Source of the DNA: Chthoniobacteraceae bacterium | GTDB taxonomy: Bacteria; Verrucomicrobiota; Verrucomicrobiia; Chthoniobacterales; Chthoniobacteraceae | Assembly (NCBI GenBank): GCA_031409335.1 | Contig: JANNWY010000165.1 | Coordinates: forward strand, 1 to 10,701 | Length of the DNA stretch: 10,701 nucleotides | Reading direction: 5' to 3' | Shown here: piece after piece, positions 6,691 through 10,701 of the stretch | How the letters are laid out: each line of letters starts with the position of its first letter | Position numbering within the stretch: position 1 is the stretch's first letter | The notes under the pieces: generated by a model | Databases searched by the model: none | What the model saw: the letters and a program-made list of their open reading frames with translations, nothing else | Told to the model about the DNA's origin: nothing | Program-made: the position numbers and the translations under genes

Positions 6691-6732
6691 CCCTTTCTCT
6701 TCCTTTCTTTTCCTTTCTCTTCCTTTCTCTTT
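6691..6732. repeat. 10-bp tandem repeat x4, pure pyrimidine tract
   Basis: CCCTTTCTCT TCCTTTCTTT TCCTTTCTCT TCCTTTCTCT TT. Confidence 0.92.
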
Positions 6733-6836
6733 GCTACTCGGCAGAGATGACCCCGTCCTCCACGACGCGACAACCGCTCCTTCGGCTTCACCGGCGATTT
6801 CAAGATTCACGAAGCGTAGCCGCGAAAGGCGTCAGG

Positions 6837-9788
6837 CTATTGCGTTGCGGCACTGAGCACGTTGGAGTAATCGGAAGTTCCCGACTCGTGATAGGCGCGA
6901 ACCCGGAAGTAGTAGGTTCTCCCAGCGCGCAAGCCAATGCTGGAATAAGCGGTGACGTCTGCGCCTACCGAAGCGATTTCGGCAAACGTGACGCCATCGC
7001 TCGATCGCTCGATATGGAATCCTCTCTCGTTGGTCGCATTGTCGGTCCAGGTGAGGTCGATCGAATCGACCGTCGCAGCAGCCGCTGTGAGGTTGGTCGG
7101 TGCGGCGGGTGGTGGCGGCGGGGCGGGCGTCGCGCTGACGGCTGGGGAATTGGCGCTTTCGCCGGACGCATTGCTGGCCGAGACGACGTAGAAGTAAGGC
7201 TGGCCGTTGGTAAGATTGGCGTCGATGTAGAGGGTCTGGGTAAGTCCGGTCGCCAGGACCAGGTAGGGGCCCGCTCCCGTCGTCGCGCGTTTGACGGAAT
7301 AGCTGGTGGCTGTCTCGACGGCGCTCCACGAGAGCGTGACCAAGCCATCGCCGGGCGTCGCCGTGAGGCCAGTCGGTGGAGGGGTCGTTTTGAGGATCGT
7401 GAAGTAGTCGTCGGTCGCACCCGTTTCGCGCAGATACTTCACGTCCAGTCGAGGCCCACTCACGTCGAAGACCATGGAGCCGAGGTTCGCCATGCTGATG
7501 TACATCGCGGGATGATTCATCGCGCCACCACCGATCTGCCCTGACGTGCCGCAGGTAATGTAAACCGCTCCCTTATACGCGACCCCGCCACCCAGCTTTT
7601 GATACGCGCTGGCATCACGACCGCTGCCGGCATCCAGTTTCATCTCGGGAATGAACGTGGTGGAGGGCCCGTAGTGGCCGTTCAGGAGGAAAGAGCGTTC
7701 GTAATTGTGACTGTGTCCGGCCAGTACCAGATCCACTCCGCCGGCTTCGAGGATCGGCAGGAAGTTACTCCGCATCTGAATCGACTCCGTCTCGTTATCG
7801 GAATTGTGACTGCCTTTCGAGTAAACTGGATGATGCCAGTAGGCGATGATCCACTCTTGATTGGTGGAGTTCAGATCTTCAATCAGCCACCTCGCCATAA
7901 CTCCGGTGGCGACGGTGGCCGCGGATCGATCCGAGGTCATCGAATCCAGGCAGATGAAGTGAATATTCGCGAAGTCGAACGAGTAGTATTTCTCCGTGCC
8001 CGAAGCGATGCCGCCGGCCTCGGCGTTCGTGGGCAGCGTGAAGCTCTGAAAATACGGGATGGTTAATGCGGGGTTGCTGTTTTGTCCGGTGTCATGATTC
8101 CCGATCGTCGGCCAAAGCACTGACTGGCGCAGCGTGGTGGGATAGATGTTGAAGAGTTTGGCCGTGTACTGAGAATCGGTGCCGTCGTTGTACGCGTTAT
8201 CACCGAGCATGAGCCAGAGGTTGGTGTAGCGCGTGCCGTTGTACGTCGTGTAGGCATTGCGCACTGAAGTCTGGCTCGTCGTGCCCGTGCCCGGATCACC
8301 GAGCACCCAGATCCGCACGGGCTGCTGCGTGCCAACGGGCGGAGCGGTAAAAAAGGTGAAATCGACGCCGCTCCACTGCGTCACCGTGGTGCTTCCAACG
8401 GAGTAGTAGTATTGGGTGTTCGGTGTCAGGCCGGTGAGCAACACTTCGTGTTCCTTGGTCACCGCCGTGTCGTCGCTCGCCATCGTCAGCGCCGCGGGAG
8501 CGAGTCCATAGCTCACGCGGCTGTCATTCGCGGTGCCTGTCCGCCAGCGGATGACCACGCTAGTCGGTGTCCCCATTTGTAAATACGGGGCGCGGGTGTC
8601 CGTGGTGGAGGTGATCGGGGGGACGCCGATCAGTTCGAGGTCGAAGCTGAGGTCCGAACTGTTGCGGCGCGCCTGATGCACCTCGACGGCCACGGTGTTG
8701 GTGCCGTTGACCAGGGTGCTGACCGGCAGGGTCGTCTCGAAAAAGGTGTCCTCGGCAGGGTAGTCGATATTCTTCGAGGCCAGCGTGGTGTAACTGATCG
8801 CCCCCGCCGGCAGGTTGTCGCGGCGCGCTTCGATGCCGTTGAGGTAAACGACGGCACCGTCGTCGCGGAGCAAACGGAGCTTGAGGGCGGTGTAGCTGGA
8901 TTGGGGATTGGTGACGGAAAAAGTCTTTCGGAAGTAGGTGGTGACGTAACGGGCGCGGGCATCCGAGCCAAAGCTGACGACTGTGGCTTCGTCGCCGTCA
9001 CCGTAGCCAAGGTCCGCCAGCCCCGTGCTCCAAATCGTATCGGAAAACGCCGGCTCCCTCCAAGCCGTGCCTTGGTCGGTGCCGTTTGCGAGATACTTCC
9101 ATGACGCTCCGGCGCTGATCGGCAGCCCCGAGACGGTCGGGGCGGTGAGGCTCAGATCGAAACTCACGTCCGAGCTGTTGGCCGCGGTCTGGTGGACTTC
9201 CACCGCGATGATGTTGTCGCCTACCACGAGCAGATTCTGTCCGTTGACCAGATTGACGCTTTGGAACACCGCTCCGTCATCGGTGGCGTTGCTGGCCAGG
9301 TCGGTATAGCCGGGATTGATCGAGAGGCCGTTCTGAGTGGCCGTGTCGCTGATGACGGTGCCGTTGAGATACACCGCCGCGCCGTCGTCGCGTTTCACCC
9401 GGAGCATGAGGTCGGTCAGCCCGGCCTTGTCCGTAACGGTGAAGACATGGCGGAAGTAGCTCGTGATGTAGCGCGTCGTGGAACCCGCCGTCGGCGACCC
9501 GGGTGTGGCGTCGTCTTCGATCACCGTCGCCTCCGGCCGCCCGTCCGGGATATCTCCGTAACCGAGTTCCGCTGGACCGCTCGCCCATGAACCATCCGCG
9601 AACGCGAGTCCGCGCCACGCCGTGCCCTGATTCGTGCCGTTGTCGAGATACCGCCAGGTCGCGCCGGTGGGCACGAGCGTTGTATCGCCCATGGCTGCCG
9701 GCAGGGCGCAGAAAGTCAGGAGGCAAAAAAGGAAAGTCAGCGCCCGGTGATAAATCTCCGAACGATCCCAAAGTTGTTTCAAGCGCAT
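6837..9788 (-). CDS. Secreted multidomain purple acid phosphatase / metallophosphoesterase (2 N-terminal beta-sandwich repeats, PAP N-terminal FN3-like domain, catalytic domain, 2 FN3)
   Basis: Metal-ligand motifs GDPG, GDNAY, GNHD, WHHP and GHSH. Signal-like segment RALTFLFCLLTFCALPAAMG after ATG 9788. Two 'W[RK]YL.NG..QGTAWR...DDGA.VYLNG...AVEVHQ...SSD.SFDL' repeats. Two C-terminal FN3 domains (PTGLTAT..LSW..YFYVV; PTNLTA..LTW..YYFRVRA). Confidence 0.92.
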   Translation of the reverse strand: MRLKQLWDRSEIYHRALTFLFCLLTFCALPAAMGDTTLVPTGATWRYLDNGTNQGTAWRGLAFADGSWASGPAELGYGDIPDGRPEATVIEDDATPGSPTAGSTTRYITSYFRHVFTVTDKAGLTDLMLRVKRDDGAAVYLNGTVISDTATQNGLSINPGYTDLASNATDDGAVFQSVNLVNGQNLLVVGDNIIAVEVHQTAANSSDVSFDLSLTAPTVSGLPISAGASWKYLANGTDQGTAWREPAFSDTIWSTGLADLGYGDGDEATVVSFGSDARARYVTTYFRKTFSVTNPQSSYTALKLRLLRDDGAVVYLNGIEARRDNLPAGAISYTTLASKNIDYPAEDTFFETTLPVSTLVNGTNTVAVEVHQARRNSSDLSFDLELIGVPPITSTTDTRAPYLQMGTPTSVVIRWRTGTANDSRVSYGLAPAALTMASDDTAVTKEHEVLLTGLTPNTQYYYSVGSTTVTQWSGVDFTFFTAPPVGTQQPVRIWVLGDPGTGTTSQTSVRNAYTTYNGTRYTNLWLMLGDNAYNDGTDSQYTAKLFNIYPTTLRQSVLWPTIGNHDTGQNSNPALTIPYFQSFTLPTNAEAGGIASGTEKYYSFDFANIHFICLDSMTSDRSAATVATGVMARWLIEDLNSTNQEWIIAYWHHPVYSKGSHNSDNETESIQMRSNFLPILEAGGVDLVLAGHSHNYERSFLLNGHYGPSTTFIPEMKLDAGSGRDASAYQKLGGGVAYKGAVYITCGTSGQIGGGAMNHPAMYISMANLGSMVFDVSGPRLDVKYLRETGATDDYFTILKTTPPPTGLTATPGDGLVTLSWSAVETATSYSVKRATTGAGPYLVLATGLTQTLYIDANLTNGQPYFYVVSASNASGESANSPAVSATPAPPPPPAAPTNLTAAAATVDSIDLTWTDNATNERGFHIERSSDGVTFAEIASVGADVTAYSSIGLRAGRTYYFRVRAYHESGTSDYSNVLSAATQ

Positions 9789-9899
9789 GATGGTGGATTG
9801 GTTGCCTCGTTTCGCACAGCCGGGTCCTTTCTCCGTTGTATCCGCCTGATTTGCCGGATGAAAGCCCAAGGAATTCACTACAGAACCCGATCACTTCGC

Positions 9900-10020
9900 G
9901 GAGCCATTTACTAGACGAGACGAGTTTGTTGTCACCATTAAATTCTATAAAAAGGAGGCGTGACAGTATTCAAAGAAAGAGAGAATGTTTCGCCCTAGTT
10001 TCATCTTTGATATCAGGTCC
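9900..10020. promoter_or_regulatory. AT-rich divergent promoter region containing a TGTCAC-N24-GTGACA inverted repeat
   Basis: Locally AT-rich stretch between two divergent genes. TGTCAC at 9930-9935 and GTGACA at 9960-9965 flank CATTAAATTCTATAAAAAGG. Function is inferred from position only. Confidence 0.4.
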
Positions 10021-10701
10021 ATGGAAATCTGCCCAGCACAGAGGCGGCGACGATCGCGCGGTACATTCCTCGCTCACCCGCTTGAGGTTGGGCGGGCAGG
10101 CTTCTGTCGGGGCCGATGCCGTCAATCTGTTCGGATCGTCCGAGGTTTCGCCTGCGCGCTGCTAGTGTTTACGAGCAGCTTCGCCCAAGCGCAGACGTGG
10201 ACCGGGGGCGGGGCCAACAATTCCTGGACGACCTCGGGCAATTGGTCGGGTGGCGTACCGGCGAATAATGGGACCGCAAACCTCACTTTCTCGGGCTCCG
10301 TGCGCCCGATCACACAGGCAGACACGGTATGGGCTTTCAGTGGCTTGAGCTTCAGCGCGGGAGCGGCGGCATTTATTCTGAATGGCAGCGACCTGACCAT
10401 CGGCACGGGGGGTATCACGAACAGTTCATCGAACCGGCAGACCGTGGACAACCGGATCACGCTTTCAGCGGCGCAGACCTGGAACGCGGGGAGCGCAGCC
10501 GGTGGCGAGCTGCTCATTGAAAACGCGATTGGCAACGGCGGTTTCGTGTTGACCGTCACTGGCACGAATGCGGTGACGATCGATGGCGCGGTCTCCGGCG
10601 CGGGAGGCATCGTGAAATCGGGTCTCGGGACGCTGACTCTTGGCAGCGCCAGCAACAGCTATGGCGGCGGCACGGAGTTGAGCGGTGGCATCGTTTCGGT
10701 G
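10021..10701 (+). CDS. Autotransporter-associated beta-strand repeat (PATR) protein, 5' part; runs off the window
   Basis: Manually translated open frame: ...RGFACALLVFTSSFAQA-QTWTGGGANNSWTTSGNWSGGVP...AVSGAGGIVKSGLGTLTLGSASNSYGGGTELSGGIVSV. The last segment is a typical PATR. The start is uncertain (in-frame ATGs at 9985 and 10021). Absent from the ORF track, presumably because no stop lies inside the window. Confidence 0.88.
   Translation, partial: MEICPAQRRRRSRGTFLAHPLEVGRAGFCRGRCRQSVRIVRGFACALLVFTSSFAQAQTWTGGGANNSWTTSGNWSGGVPANNGTANLTFSGSVRPITQADTVWAFSGLSFSAGAAAFILNGSDLTIGTGGITNSSSNRQTVDNRITLSAAQTWNAGSAAGGELLIENAIGNGGFVLTVTGTNAVTIDGAVSGAGGIVKSGLGTLTLGSASNSYGGGTELSGGIVSV

Noticed and set aside
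6340..6836. CRISPR array
   Set aside because: Only two degenerate 23-bp copies about 150 bp apart, no regular repeat-spacer periodicity and no cas genes.
6817..6839. Intrinsic terminator after the phosphatase (TAGCC...GGCTA)
   Set aside because: Only a 5-bp stem overlapping the stop codon, with no U-tract.
6435..7544. ORFs 6465-7544 (+) and 6435-6803 (-)
   Set aside because: They translate the repeat tract and the antisense strand of the FN3 domains; low complexity and no family features.
9800..9860. c-di-GMP-I riboswitch in the phosphatase leader (minus strand GGCAAATC...)
   Set aside because: The GNRA-capped P2 stem and the following GACGCAAAG-like element are absent.
10122..10655. 177-aa minus-strand ORF
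   Set aside because: Antisense to the clearly recognisable PATR protein on the + strand.

Overview
A GC-rich bacterial accessory region. The secreted multidomain proteins, the PATR-repeat gene and the C-terminal 'D-x-D...N..EY..G.NP...F.RL' tail suggest Verrucomicrobiota (inference). From left to right it contains: the probable 3' end of an IS1634-like insertion sequence; a small secreted CxxC protein (-); a class I SAM methyltransferase (+); a LOG-family nucleotide phosphoribohydrolase (+); a large secreted GH128/Glyco_hydro_cc-like glycoside hydrolase-LamG gene (-); a redoxin/AhpC-TSA protein (+); a truncated DUF2071-like gene (+) followed by about 500 bp of repeat-rich non-coding DNA; a secreted multidomain purple acid phosphatase (-); and the 5' part of an autotransporter-associated beta-strand repeat protein (+) that the ORF track misses. 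Two signals stand out. First, the glycoside hydrolase is open through its whole catalytic domain but carries up to four lesions downstream of it. Second, same-strand '...ACCC' end-like motifs, a 23-bp imperfect direct repeat and a 10-bp pyrimidine tandem array cluster at the DUF2071 breakpoint, with related motifs flanking the methyltransferase. This may be the footprint of a cassette-type or HUH-type mobility system, but that is a hypothesis only.
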